This document shows, one piece after another, positions 26,701-36,439 of a DNA stretch of 64,000 bases (its first letter is position 1; every line of letters begins with the position of its first letter). The stretch is from IMG/VR virus record IMGVR_UViG_3300012983_000030. The stretch is one strand, 5' to 3'. This DNA is from a virus. Lineage: Duplodnaviria > Heunggongvirae > Uroviricota > Caudoviricetes. A model generated the notes under the pieces. It searched no databases. It was not told where the DNA came from and saw only the letters and a program-made list of their open reading frames with translations. Position numbers and translations under genes: made by a program.

Positions 26701-28266
26701 ATGAATACTTATATTGATGTTTTAGGTTTAGATAAAAATCACACTGAAATTAAACCAGCTCGTGTAAAGACAAATAGTTTTATCAAAGCTCAAACTAATA
26801 AAACGTTTACTGAAAACGGGGCTTTGACTAATGCTTCTTCTTTATCTAAAATTGTTGATTGGTTTTTTCATGGAGCTGCTCTTCGTAAAGCTGAAGAAAA
26901 ACGTATTTTAAATTTATTCACAGATGCATTTAAAGAGAATCCTACTAGTGCTTTACGTATTTTATTTTATATTCGTGATATTCGCGGTGGACAAGGCGAA
27001 CGTCGTACTTTTAGAATTTGTTTGCAATGGCTTGGAAATTATGAAGCAGAATGGTTATCAAAAAATCTATCATTGATTTTTGAATATGGTAGATGGGATG
27101 ATTACTTTGTATTATTTGATACTAAAATTGCTAATACAGTAATTGATTTCATTGGAAGCCAACTTGAAAAAGATTTGAAACATCATGTTAATAATGAAAT
27201 AAGTAATCTTTCGTTGTTAGCAAAATGGATGCCTTCTGAAGCAAGTGTTAAGTATGAAACAAAAAAATATTATAATGCTTTACTTAAAACTGGTAAATTT
27301 GGTACAAAACGTAATTATCGTAAAGCAATCAGTATTTTAAGAAAAGACTTAGATATTGTTGAAAGAAAATTATCTGCTAAAGAATACTCTAATATTGATT
27401 ATGAAAAATTACCTTCATATGCAATGTTAAAATATTCTAAGCCTCGTGTTTATAATGGTATGGAAGGTAGCTTTTTAAGAAATGATAAAAAGCGTTTTTC
27501 TGAATACTTAGATAAAGTAAATAAAGGTGAAACAAAAATAAACGCTAAGACTTTATATCCATACGATTTAGCACGTGAATATACTGATAATCTTTATTGG
27601 AAGTGTACTTATAAAAAATCTGAGTTAAATGCTACTATTGAAGCTCAATGGAAAGCATTACCAGATTATGTTCCAGAAATAAACGGATTAGTAGTATGTG
27701 ATACTTCTGGTTCAATGAATGGTTTGCCTATGGCAGTAGCTATGTCTTTAGCAGTTTATATTGCAGAAAGAAATAAATCTGAAATTTGGAAAAATTATGT
27801 AATACCATTTTCATCTTCAGCTAAATTTATGGAAGTATCTGGTGAAACACTTCTTGAAAAATTAATATCAATATATACTGGTGATTGTAGTAATACAAAT
27901 TTACAAGCAGTATTTGATTTAATTTTAAATAGAGCTAAGGCAGCAAATGTATTGGCAGAAGACATGCCAAAACAATTGTTGATTATAAGTGATATGGAAT
28001 TTGATTCTACTTCATTTGGATATACAAATTATGAAAAAATTAAACATAAGTATAAAGAGAGTGGATATGTTTTACCAAAATTAGTTTGGTGGAATGTAGA
28101 CAGTAGAAATACACAAACTCCAGTTACTATTGATGATAAAAATAATTTGTTATTGTCTGGATCATCTCCTTCTTGCTTAAAAGTAGCTTTATCTGGAGAG
28201 TTTGATATAGTTGAAACAATAAATAAAATTATTGAACAAGAACGATATAGTTGTATAAATTATTAA
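26701..28266 (+). CDS. DUF2828-like protein with a C-terminal von Willebrand A (MIDAS) domain
   Basis: MIDAS motif VVCDTSGSMNG; N-terminal region ILFYIRDIRGGQGERR; 521 aa. Confidence 0.5.
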   Translation: MNTYIDVLGLDKNHTEIKPARVKTNSFIKAQTNKTFTENGALTNASSLSKIVDWFFHGAALRKAEEKRILNLFTDAFKENPTSALRILFYIRDIRGGQGERRTFRICLQWLGNYEAEWLSKNLSLIFEYGRWDDYFVLFDTKIANTVIDFIGSQLEKDLKHHVNNEISNLSLLAKWMPSEASVKYETKKYYNALLKTGKFGTKRNYRKAISILRKDLDIVERKLSAKEYSNIDYEKLPSYAMLKYSKPRVYNGMEGSFLRNDKKRFSEYLDKVNKGETKINAKTLYPYDLAREYTDNLYWKCTYKKSELNATIEAQWKALPDYVPEINGLVVCDTSGSMNGLPMAVAMSLAVYIAERNKSEIWKNYVIPFSSSAKFMEVSGETLLEKLISIYTGDCSNTNLQAVFDLILNRAKAANVLAEDMPKQLLIISDMEFDSTSFGYTNYEKIKHKYKESGYVLPKLVWWNVDSRNTQTPVTIDDKNNLLLSGSSPSCLKVALSGEFDIVETINKIIEQERYSCINY

Positions 28267-28288
28267 GTTCTAATAAAAAGTTTAGAGT

Positions 28289-28462
28289 CACCAAAAAACA
28301 TACAGCAGACACTATATGAAAAATATTTGTATTTAACATAGGTCGGTATTGTTTAGATAGTTAAGATTTGTTCTGATTATCAATGAGTGACAATACGAGA
28401 TGAGGACCCGGATGCGTTTTTTGTTAAGCGTGACTCTAAAGCGGGTCCTCATTTATTTTAAA
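28289..28462 (+). ncRNA. structured non-coding element with nested inverted repeats, including a GC-rich hairpin with T-run
   Basis: Outer inverted repeat TTTAGAGTCAC...GTGACTCTAAA (11 bp, 130 nt apart); inner GATGAGGACCCG...CGGGTCCTCAT followed by TTTATTTT. Confidence 0.3.
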
Positions 28463-28473
28463 AGGAATATAAA

Positions 28474-29025
28474 TTGAAAAAGTATAAAACAAAAATAAAA
28501 AATTTAAAAAATACAATAAATAATACTTCAAAAGAACTTGCCTGGAATGTAGACATAGCTTTTGCTGAAATGTTATATCCAGTTATTAAACAGTTTAAGA
28601 AAGATGCATTAAAACACATTGATTTTTCACAATATGGTATGTATAAATATGAAAAAATATTATGTAAATATTTAAAAAATAAAAAAGTGTATGAATATTT
28701 TCATAATAAAGGTAAAACTAGATTTGAAAATAAACTCAATGAATTAGAAGATTGTTTGAATGATATTTGTATAGAAGATACTAAAGAACACAGAACAAAA
28801 TGGAATTTAAAAGAATTATTAGAAGTAAAATATAATCATATTCCTATTAAAAAACCAAATGTTGGATTATTATATCGTATGGAAATCAAGCCAGAATATA
28901 AAGAAAATGATATAAAAAATACAAAAATAATACAATATAATGCAAAGATACTTAAAAAATGCTATAAATGGCGAAAAAAATGCTTATATTGGTTTATTGA
29001 TAATTTACATATTTTATGGTGGTAA
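28474..29025 (+). CDS. hypothetical protein
   Basis: 183-aa ORF. Confidence 0.4.
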   Translation: MKKYKTKIKNLKNTINNTSKELAWNVDIAFAEMLYPVIKQFKKDALKHIDFSQYGMYKYEKILCKYLKNKKVYEYFHNKGKTRFENKLNELEDCLNDICIEDTKEHRTKWNLKELLEVKYNHIPIKKPNVGLLYRMEIKPEYKENDIKNTKIIQYNAKILKKCYKWRKKCLYWFIDNLHILWW

Positions 29026-29028
29026 AAA

Positions 29029-29313
29029 ATGGATATTGTTACCTTAATGAAGTTACATAAAACTACTTTTAAAAATAAAGAATTATTAGATACAACTAAT
29101 GAATGCGCATGCTGTTCTTGTAATCATTTTTTAAAAACTTCAGACATTAAAGAATGGACAGATAATGCTTTAACTGCAATATGTCCATTATGTGGAGTAG
29201 ATGCTATAATTCCTATAACTGTTGAAAATCCTATAACTGAAGATGATTTGGAAAAATTATATAAATATTATTTTACTAATTTAGAAAAAGAATTTAAAAA
29301 TAATAAAAAATAA
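29029..29313 (+). CDS. hypothetical Cys-rich protein
   Basis: CACCSC...CPLC pattern. Confidence 0.4.
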   Translation: MDIVTLMKLHKTTFKNKELLDTTNECACCSCNHFLKTSDIKEWTDNALTAICPLCGVDAIIPITVENPITEDDLEKLYKYYFTNLEKEFKNNKK

Positions 29314-29510
29314 CAGTTCTATAAAACATGATGAATATTTTAGTGACATATTTTTACCCTTATTATCAACAACCTATAAACGGTTGATGGGTAGTTATTA
29401 CTTAAAATATTATCATAAGTAGGAAGTGCCCATCAAAAGAAATTTTGTGGGTATTTTTTTATTTTTGTGTTTTACATTTATTATTTTAGGTATTATATTT
29501 ATATTGTTTT

Positions 29511-29587
29511 CGGAATGTAGCTCAGCCTGGTAGAGCGCTAGTTTTGGGTACTAGATGTCGTGAGTTCAAGTCTCGCCATTCCGACCA
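29511..29587 (+). tRNA. tRNA-Pro(TGG): tRNA-Pro (anticodon TGG)
   Basis: Acceptor CGGAATG/CATTCCG, anticodon arm CTAGT-TTTGGGT-ACTAG, CCA encoded. Confidence 0.7.
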
Positions 29588-29592
29588 TTTAA

Positions 29593-29678
29593 GGGTGAGT
29601 CGCATAGAGGCTTATTGCAGCGGACTGTAAATCCGCCGTCTTCGGACATCGGTGGTTCAAATCCATCCTCACCCACCA
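29593..29678 (+). tRNA. tRNA-Tyr(GTA): tRNA-Tyr (anticodon GTA), type II
   Basis: Acceptor GGGTGAG/CTCACCC, anticodon arm GCGGA-CTGTAAA-TCCGC, long variable arm, CCA encoded. Confidence 0.7.
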
Positions 29679-29682
29679 TTAT

Positions 29683-29756
29683 TGGAGGATCGTCTAAAGG
29701 TAGGACAACGCACTTTGACTGCGTTAATATTGGTTCGATTCCAGTTCCTCCAGCCA
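29683..29756 (+). tRNA. tRNA-Gln(TTG): tRNA-Gln (anticodon TTG)
   Basis: Acceptor TGGAGGA/TCCTCCA, anticodon arm ACGCA-CTTTGAC-TGCGT, CCA encoded. Confidence 0.65.
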
Positions 29757-29776
29757 TTTTTTAATAAAGGGGGTTA

Positions 29777-30812
29777 TATGCGAACAGTAGGCACGTCTGT
29801 ATATGGATTAATTTGTCCAATTTTTAAAGAAGGTGATGATTTATGCCAAAAAATTTGTGATACACTTTTAAATAGTGAATTAGAAATAAATGATAGAGAT
29901 ATTTTAGGTATTACAGAATCTGTGGTCGCTAGAACTGAAGGAAATTATGTTACTGTCGATGAAGTAGCAGAATCAGTTAAAAAGTTATTTAATAATCCAA
30001 TAGATATTTTAGTATATAATCCGATTTATTCTCGTAATAGATTCGCAATGATTTTAAAAGGCATTGCAAGAGCAGTTACAGGAACTGTCTATATAACAAT
30101 GCTTAATATTGATGAAGTTGGTAATGTATTACAAAATCACCCTTTTACTGGTTTGAATTATGATGAATATTATAAATCAATTGTTGAAGCAGAAGGTAAA
30201 AAGTGTTATATTATATATCAAAATGAATCAGTAGGTTATTTTGATAATGTAATAGATTGTCAAATACATCAAAATACATTCGATGTAACATTAAAAGACA
30301 TTTGTTCAGATAAATGCGAATATGGACTTTATGGTTCAAATAAAGCAACAGAAGAAAAATTAAAGTTATTTCCATCTAAAAAATTTGCTCAAGAACTTAT
30401 TAGTAATATTCAAATTACTATTTATGGCAAAGTCGGTAAGAAAATTGAAGTAATGGTATATGGGGATGGTTGTTTTAAAGACCCTGTTGGTGGAATATGG
30501 GAATTAGCAGACCCTGTTGTAAGTCCTGCTTATACAGATGGATTAAATGGAACTCCTAATGAGTTGAAACTCAAATATTTAGCAGATAATGATTATAAAG
30601 ATTTGAGTGGAGACGAATTAACAAATGCTATTAAACAAAGCATTAAAACAAAAGATAAAAATCTTGTTGGCAACATGGCATCACAAGGAACAACACCGAG
30701 AAGATTAACAGATTTATTAGGTTCTTTAATGGATTTAACATCTGGAAGTGGTGATAAAGGTACACCTGTTGTTTATGTCAAAGGTTATTTTGATAATTTG
30801 AGTACTTATTAA
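29777..30812 (+). CDS. CofE-like (F420-0:gamma-glutamyl ligase family) amino-acid ligase-like protein
   Basis: ILGITESVVARTEGNYV resembles the CofE active-site strand. Shine-Dalgarno AAGGGGG. The start was moved from 29652 because the upstream part overlaps tRNAs. Confidence 0.45.
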
Positions 30813-30822
30813 GGAGGTCTTA

Positions 30823-31026
30823 ATGAAATTAAAGTATATAATACTTTTTATTTTGATTATTTTATTGTTAATGGCTTGTTCTCATGAAAATACTTCTTTA
30901 GATTTAGATAAAGAATTACGTTGTCAAGGTTATATTCGCACTGATTATACTGAAGAAGAAATTTTAAATGAATATTCAAATGTACATGAATGCATACAAT
31001 ATAATAAAAAATTTTATTGCTATTAA
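30823..31026 (+). CDS. small lipoprotein
   Basis: Signal peptide followed by a lipobox (LLLMAC); 67 aa. Confidence 0.4.
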   Translation: MKLKYIILFILIILLLMACSHENTSLDLDKELRCQGYIRTDYTEEEILNEYSNVHECIQYNKKFYCY

Positions 31027-31072
31027 TTTTCTGCTTTTAATTTAATGTAAAATTTGATATATAAATAAATAT

Positions 31073-31150
31073 GCGTCGGTAGCTCAGCCCGGTTAGAGCT
31101 GTCCGCTCATAACGGATAGGTCGTTGGTTCGAATCCAGCCCGACGCACCA
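31073..31150 (+). tRNA. tRNA-Met(CAT): tRNA-Met/Ile2 (anticodon CAT); second CAT tRNA
   Basis: Acceptor GCGTCGG/CCGACGC, D-arm TAGCTCAGCCCGGTTAGAGC, anticodon loop CTCATAA, CCA encoded. Confidence 0.65.
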
Positions 31151-31151
31151 A

Positions 31152-32330
31152 TTATAATAAATTTAAATTAACAATACAAAGTACTAGCTTTTCATTTGTT
31201 TCAACACTACTCTCTAAAGCCCTAGCTAGTACTTTTTTATTTATATCATACCATTTCTTTTTTCTTGCAATTCCTGGAATAGATGATAATACTAATTTAT
31301 CACCTCTTTGTATTTTTCCAATTACTCTTACTAATACCCGTCCAGACAATGCAATTTTACAAGGATTTTCATAATCATTATTACTATTTAAGATAAAACC
31401 AGGTTGACTTGAAATTACTGCAATAGGATCTGAAGAAGCAATGGATATTTCACTATTTTTGCCTATTTTGACTAAAGTTCCAGCAGGATAATTTTTATCT
31501 GCTTCATAAATTTCTGCTAAATCTGCATATTGGGCATATAATGCTGTACCTTTAATAATACTAGAAAAAGTTTTAACGCCTGCTATTGTCTCATCACCAG
31601 TCTTATGAACAACGGCACTGTCATTAGCTTTTCCTGCAAGAGAAGTTGCCCAATTACTCCAATCCATTTGAGATTGATTGATTTGACCATTAGCAACAAT
31701 TACAAAAAATCTTGCTCTTAAGTTATCACCTTGTACTTTAGCTCCACTTTTATGAATGCCATTTTCTGCTGAAGCGTTAGTCATTTGTTGACGAGCAGTG
31801 GAATATCCTGAAGCAGCTCTATCTGAAAATTCACCATTGGTACCAGCTCCATTCGTACCTGTATTGACAATTACACCTCCAACAGTAGTAGATGTTGCAG
31901 GAACATATCCAGCATTCCCTGCTGTTCCTCCAGCATTAACAATAGCAAGATGGTGAGTATGATCCGGTAAACTTTCTTTATATATTTTTCCTAATTCACT
32001 ATCAGATTTAGCTTGTGTAAGATAACTACCGTCTTTTATTGTTGGTACTTTAAATTTTTTATTAGTCGAATCTACTGCAAATTTATTTGTTTGACCATAT
32101 GTATTTAGGTCAGTGGTATATTCGGCATAAGTACAAGTAAGTAATTTTCCAGTTAATAAATAATTATTAAACAGCTCAGAAAATTGAGCTTCTTGATATT
32201 CTGATCCATCACAAGGTAAACAACCAGAAGGAATATAAGAAGAATTACAAATTACTTTAACAATCTGTCCTATAATTTGTATACCATCTGATGTTCCAAA
32301 TATTTTTTTAGTACCTAAATAAACACCCAT
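31152..32330 (-). CDS. tail fiber / receptor-binding protein
   Basis: Gly/Thr/Asn-rich repeats and a VHKTGDETIAGVKTF-type fiber motif. It lies next to another fiber gene. Confidence 0.55.
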   Translation of the reverse strand: MGVYLGTKKIFGTSDGIQIIGQIVKVICNSSYIPSGCLPCDGSEYQEAQFSELFNNYLLTGKLLTCTYAEYTTDLNTYGQTNKFAVDSTNKKFKVPTIKDGSYLTQAKSDSELGKIYKESLPDHTHHLAIVNAGGTAGNAGYVPATSTTVGGVIVNTGTNGAGTNGEFSDRAASGYSTARQQMTNASAENGIHKSGAKVQGDNLRARFFVIVANGQINQSQMDWSNWATSLAGKANDSAVVHKTGDETIAGVKTFSSIIKGTALYAQYADLAEIYEADKNYPAGTLVKIGKNSEISIASSDPIAVISSQPGFILNSNNDYENPCKIALSGRVLVRVIGKIQRGDKLVLSSIPGIARKKKWYDINKKVLARALESSVETNEKLVLCIVNLNLL

Positions 32331-32332
32331 AA

Positions 32333-32638
32333 TTATTCTTCCAGTTTACGAATTTCTTCTCTCCAAGCTTTACGTGTAGCCTTTTTGATTTCCCATTCTT
32401 CTTCAGTATATTCACCGTCTAAATATTTTTGTCCCCAGTAATCTGCCTCTTTTAACAAATATTTTAATTCTAAAATTCTATTTTTCTTTGCTTCTTCTTC
32501 AGTTGGTTTTGGGGTTTGTATAATTTCATAATATGTATCACAATCTTTAAATTCAGCATGGTTTGCATTACACCAAATAGCATATTTAGCATATTCTTCA
32601 TCAGTTAATTTATCTTTGTATAATTTTTTACCTATCAT
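32333..32638 (-). CDS. hypothetical protein (possibly a fiber assembly factor)
   Basis: 101-aa ORF lying between the two fiber genes. Confidence 0.35.
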   Translation of the reverse strand: MIGKKLYKDKLTDEEYAKYAIWCNANHAEFKDCDTYYEIIQTPKPTEEEAKKNRILELKYLLKEADYWGQKYLDGEYTEEEWEIKKATRKAWREEIRKLEE

Positions 32639-32647
32639 TTCTTTATC

Positions 32648-33790
32648 CTAATAACCGCATGCATACCAATGTACAGGACCACCGTCAGTACCTGAACCAC
32701 TTAGACCATGAATATAAAGAGTTACTTTTGAAGTAGTAACAAAAGTTACTCCTGCATTATTAGCTGTATTACCAACAGTCACTCTCATTTCGTTTGCTTC
32801 ACCGTTTGTTACTTCCAAATTACAAATAAAAGTAGGTTTTTGAGTAAATGCTTTCAAAAACGTTAAAGTATTAGTAGTTCCTCTATACCAAGCTGCTGTT
32901 ACACCGCCTTGTTCAATCCAACCATCAGACCAAACTCTATACCAGTTATTACCAGATTTATAGTTTTGTGTAATAACAGCGACTCTATTTGCGGTAGCAG
33001 AAGAAGTAGTAGTAGCTTTAGCAGTACATTTTGGGAAAGACATATTTACTCCACCTGCTGTATCTACCCAAAGATTTAATTGAGCATACTGCATAGTACC
33101 ATTAATACTTCTACCATGATTTATTCCAAATCTACTAGTACCATCTGTTAGCCAATAACCTTCTACTTTACCATAACGCTGACCTTTATTATCATAAAAA
33201 GTCATACCACTATAAGCAGCAGAGGTAGGCGTTGTCATATGATCTGTAAAATGAGTAGCATAATGAGAAATAGTATCTGCATTTGTTTTAATTACTAATT
33301 TGCCTGTCATGGTATCACCAGCTTTTGCTACTTTAGTATTATTTTCAGTTTTAGTAGCAAATTTGGCGTCAGCTTCTATAATGTTATACTTGGCATTTAA
33401 AAGATAATCTATTTCAGCTTGAGTATATGTATTGACTATTAATGATTCTGCTTCGTCTGTAATACTATATAAAGTATTATCATCTTTAGTAGTTAAAGCA
33501 TCATATTCTGCTCTAGTTCCTACCCAATTTTTTATAATTAAGTTTTTATTTGTTTCTACTGTACCAATTGTTTGGTATTGACTGTTTGTATCTTTTTTGA
33601 TACTATTTACATTAAATTTTGGAATATTATTTAAATCAGTATATTCATTAGTAGTAGCAACTTTACTTAATGAAGAAATGTCTGCTTTTTTATCGATAGC
33701 AGACTTTACGGCTTTTTGAGAAGGAATTATATAATCAGAATTAGCACTAAAAGAAGAATCAGTGTCTAAATTTAAATATTTAGTAGTCAT
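32648..33790 (-). CDS. tail fiber protein
   Basis: N-terminus MTTKYLNLDTDSSFSANSDYIIPSQKAVKSAID, paralogous to the partial fiber gene at 1-639. Confidence 0.6.
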   Translation of the reverse strand: MTTKYLNLDTDSSFSANSDYIIPSQKAVKSAIDKKADISSLSKVATTNEYTDLNNIPKFNVNSIKKDTNSQYQTIGTVETNKNLIIKNWVGTRAEYDALTTKDDNTLYSITDEAESLIVNTYTQAEIDYLLNAKYNIIEADAKFATKTENNTKVAKAGDTMTGKLVIKTNADTISHYATHFTDHMTTPTSAAYSGMTFYDNKGQRYGKVEGYWLTDGTSRFGINHGRSINGTMQYAQLNLWVDTAGGVNMSFPKCTAKATTTSSATANRVAVITQNYKSGNNWYRVWSDGWIEQGGVTAAWYRGTTNTLTFLKAFTQKPTFICNLEVTNGEANEMRVTVGNTANNAGVTFVTTSKVTLYIHGLSGSGTDGGPVHWYACGY

Positions 33791-33915
33791 AACATTAAAT
33801 AATCTCTATATTGAAACTTAATATATTATATATGATATATGAACGATTTAATTTAGTTTTTTGTTTTACTACACAAATATAATAGTATAATATAATTGAA
33901 AATAAGGAGTTTGTC

Positions 33916-34308
33916 ATGACACGAATTAATTTAATATCAACAAAAGAATTATCTGATCAACATTTATTAGCAGAATATAGAGAATTACCTCGTGTAATTA
34001 AAGGTGATTTTAATATTAATAATGCTCCAATAAAATATTGTCTCGGTAAAGGACATATAAAATGGGCAAAGTTACATAGTGCTTATTTAATTCTTAGATA
34101 TGATTTAATTTGTCAAGAAATGAGATATAGAGGTTTTACAGTTAATTATCCTTCGAAAGATTTAATTAAAGAATGGGATGGTGGACACATGTATTTTCCT
34201 TCAAAAGAAGATATAGAAGTAAGCAAAAGACGTTTAATAGAAAAATATAAATTAAAACCTAAATGGTATAAATGGACAAATAGAGAAAAACCAAAATATT
34301 TTTCATAA
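33916..34308 (+). CDS. denV: pyrimidine-dimer DNA glycosylase (T4 endonuclease V / DenV-like)
   Basis: N-terminus [27 protein letters not shown] closely matches T4 endonuclease V ([27 protein letters not shown]), including the catalytic N-terminal Thr and the Glu. Confidence 0.85.
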   Translation: [130 protein letters not shown]

Positions 34309-34492
34309 ATTGTGATTTTTTGCTTTACTTTAAATTTTTATATGTTATTATATTTTTTATCGACTATGATTGGTTAAATAAAGGTTCTAAATAATATGAT
34401 GAAAAGTACGATTAAACATTTTTGGCATTGTTTTTACTTCGCTAGAGGCGATGCCGTTTAATTATACCTTTTTGTCGGTATTATTTGGTTTG

Positions 34493-34525
34493 AGCCTCTG
34501 AGATTTTTCAGAGGCTTTATTTTTT
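34493..34525 (+). terminator. rho-independent terminator
   Basis: Hairpin AGCCTCTGA...TCAGAGGCT followed by a T-run. Confidence 0.6.
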
Positions 34526-34601
34526 GGTTAAGTAGCTCAGTTGGTAGAGCAGGAGACTGAAAATCTTCGTGTCGGCGGTTCGATCCCGTCCTTGACCACC
34601 A
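34526..34601 (+). tRNA. tRNA-Phe(GAA): tRNA-Phe (anticodon GAA)
   Basis: D-arm TAGCTCAGTTGGTAGAGC, anticodon loop CTGAAAA, T-arm GGCGGTTCGATCCCGTC, CCA encoded. Confidence 0.7.
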
Positions 34602-34603
34602 TT

Positions 34604-34677
34604 GCACTGTTGGCAGAGAAGTTATGCATCGGTCTGCAAAACCGACAAGAGAGGTGCAATTCCTCTACAGTGCTCCA
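34604..34677 (+). tRNA. tRNA-Cys(GCA): tRNA-Cys (anticodon GCA)
   Basis: Acceptor GCACTGT/ACAGTGC, anticodon arm TCGGT-CTGCAAA-ACCGA, CCA encoded. Confidence 0.65.
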
Positions 34678-34678
34678 T

Positions 34679-34753
34679 GCGATTGTAGTATAATGGTTAT
34701 TATTCCGGTCTTCCAAACTGAGGATGTGAGTTCGATTCTCACCAGTTGCTCCA
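34679..34753 (+). tRNA. tRNA, isotype uncertain (loop CTTCCAA gives anticodon TCC = Gly, or CCA if read with an 8-nt loop)
   Basis: Acceptor GCGATTG/CAGTTGC with G-U pairs, T-arm GTGAGTTCGATTCTCAC, CCA encoded. The anticodon stem is weak. Confidence 0.45.
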
Positions 34754-34755
34754 AT

Positions 34756-34829
34756 AGGGGTTTAGTTTAATGGTAAAACCTTACTCTCCAAAAGTAAAGA
34801 TGATAGTTCGATTCTGTCAACCCTTGCCA
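34756..34829 (+). tRNA. tRNA-Trp(CCA): tRNA-Trp (anticodon CCA)
   Basis: Anticodon arm TTACT-CTCCAAA-AGTAA, T-arm GATAGTTCGATTCTGTC, CCA encoded. Confidence 0.6.
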
Positions 34830-34848
34830 TAAAATAAAGGAATATAAT

Positions 34849-35328
34849 ATGAAAAGAATAAGTAAAATATTAAGTATAAGTCATCAAGAATTGCAAGATA
34901 TAATTGATGTTTCAAATTCATTATCAGATATTTTAGTTAAATTAGGATACAGTCCAAATGGTGGAACAAATTATGTAACTTTAAAGAATAGATTATATAA
35001 TGAAAATTTTGATTTAAAAAAATTATTAGAAAAGCGTAAAAATAATTATAGAAATATTAAATTAAAAAATGCTGAAGAAGTTTTTATACAAAATTCCATG
35101 TATGCAAGACATAATTTAAAAAGAAGAATATTAAAAGATAATTTAATACTATATAAATGTGCTATTTGTGGGCAAGAACCTATTTGGAATGGAAAAGAAT
35201 TAGTATTAGTTTTAGATCACATAAATGGAATAAATAATGATAATAGATTAGAAAATTTAAGATTTTTATGTCCAAATTGTAATGCTCAACAAGATACTTT
35301 TGCGGCTAAAAATAAAAATAAACATTAA
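34849..35328 (+). CDS. HNH homing endonuclease
   Basis: HNH motif LVLDHINGINNDNRLENLRFLCPNCNAQ and an N-terminal DNA-binding region. It lies inside the tRNA array. Confidence 0.75.
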   Translation: MKRISKILSISHQELQDIIDVSNSLSDILVKLGYSPNGGTNYVTLKNRLYNENFDLKKLLEKRKNNYRNIKLKNAEEVFIQNSMYARHNLKRRILKDNLILYKCAICGQEPIWNGKELVLVLDHINGINNDNRLENLRFLCPNCNAQQDTFAAKNKNKH

Positions 35329-35393
35329 CTTTATATTATTTTTGTCATTTCTACGAATAGAAGTATATATCAGTATATATCTGGTCTATTCTT

Positions 35394-35469
35394 GTGTTCG
35401 TAGCTTAATTGGTAAAGCGCTAGATTGTGGTTCTGGAGGATATGGGTTCAAGTCCCATCGATCACCCCA
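35394..35469 (+). tRNA. tRNA-His(GTG): tRNA-His (anticodon GTG)
   Basis: D-arm TAGCTTAATTGGTAAAGC, anticodon arm CTAGA-TTGTGGT-TCTGG, T-arm TGGGTTCAAGTCCCA, CCA encoded. Confidence 0.6.
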
Positions 35470-35477
35470 ATTATTAT

Positions 35478-35550
35478 ATACCCGTGAGTCAAGTGAAGCA
35501 TACGGTTTCCATCATCGTAAGAGTAGGACATCTTCCTGCCGGGTATGCCA
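35478..35550 (+). ncRNA. tRNA-sized (73 nt) non-canonical tRNA-like gene
   Basis: Perfect acceptor ATACCCG/CGGGTAT plus GCCA. The anticodon-like arm ACGGT-TTCCATC-ATCGT has a CCA triplet with T at position 37. The T-arm GTAGG-ACATCTT-CCTGC lacks the TTCGA consensus, and the D-arm is unclear. Confidence 0.3.
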
Positions 35551-35551
35551 C

Positions 35552-35626
35552 AGAGGTATAGTTCAGTAGTAGAACATTGATCCCCAAAACCAAATGTCGG
35601 GAGTTCGAATCTCTCTGCCTCTGCCA
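35552..35626 (+). tRNA. tRNA, isotype uncertain (anticodon loop CCCCAAA)
   Basis: Acceptor AGAGGTA/TGCCTCT, D-arm TAGTTCAGTAGTAGAAC, T-arm GGGAGTTCGAATCTCTC, CCA encoded. The anticodon stem has one mismatch and position 33 is C. Confidence 0.45.
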
Positions 35627-35710
35627 TTTTTTATCCTGTTAATGCAGAATCTGTTTTACATTTATAATAGAATATATTATAATTATTATAATATATAGAA
35701 AGGAACAGAT

Positions 35711-36370
35711 ATGTCTGTAACTCATTATGATATTTTAGGAATTAATAAAAATGCTACTTTAAATGAAATTAAAGCGGCTTATAAATCTTTAGCCAAAAAA
35801 TATCATCCTGACATTAATCCAAATACAAGCGATTTATTTAAACAAATAAATGAAGCTTATTCTGTTTTATCTGATTCTGTCAAAAGACATGAATATGATA
35901 GTTTACTTTCTAATGATGATTTAGATATTGAAGATTTAACCGACGATGATTTAGATGCAATAATTTCAAAATTAGAAGAACTTAGAAAAGAAATCTACAA
36001 TAAAGAAAAACAAAAAACAAAATCTAGTTATAAAAAACCAAAACAAGTAACAGAATCTATATTTGATATAGTTAATAATTTTTCTAGTTATAAATTTACA
36101 AAAGGATGCTCACTTTTATGGAATAAAAAAGTAAGTACATTATTTGGAGCATGGTTAATTTTTATATTAGGTACTTTTTATATAACTATAGCAAAGGTTT
36201 TTTGGTTTTTAGCTCCAAAAAATACTAATAAATTCATTTGTAACTGGATTACAGAATTAAAAATTCTTTGTTATCAAGATAAATTGATTAGCACTTTATC
36301 TTGGACTGTCTTTCTATTTATATTGTGGTTTATGAAATTGATATCTAAAATTTTAATGCCTTTTAAATAA
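35711..36370 (+). CDS. DnaJ (J-domain) protein with a C-terminal transmembrane region
   Basis: J-domain: [29 protein letters not shown]; two C-terminal hydrophobic helices. Confidence 0.65.
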   Translation: MSVTHYDILGINKNATLNEIKAAYKSLAKKYHPDINPNTSDLFKQINEAYSVLSDSVKRHEYDSLLSNDDLDIEDLTDDDLDAIISKLEELRKEIYNKEKQKTKSSYKKPKQVTESIFDIVNNFSSYKFTKGCSLLWNKKVSTLFGAWLIFILGTFYITIAKVFWFLAPKNTNKFICNWITELKILCYQDKLISTLSWTVFLFILWFMKLISKILMPFK

Positions 36371-36439
36371 ATTTTGTTTTACATTTTTCATATTATCATT
36401 AAAAATATATTTAATGTAAATTTTTTAGGAAAAAATGTA

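Noticed and set aside
29566-29757. Minus-strand 63-aa ORF
   Set aside because: Entirely within tRNA-Pro, tRNA-Tyr and tRNA-Gln.
35282-35569. Plus-strand 95-aa ORF
   Set aside because: Overlaps tRNA-His and two tRNA-like genes.
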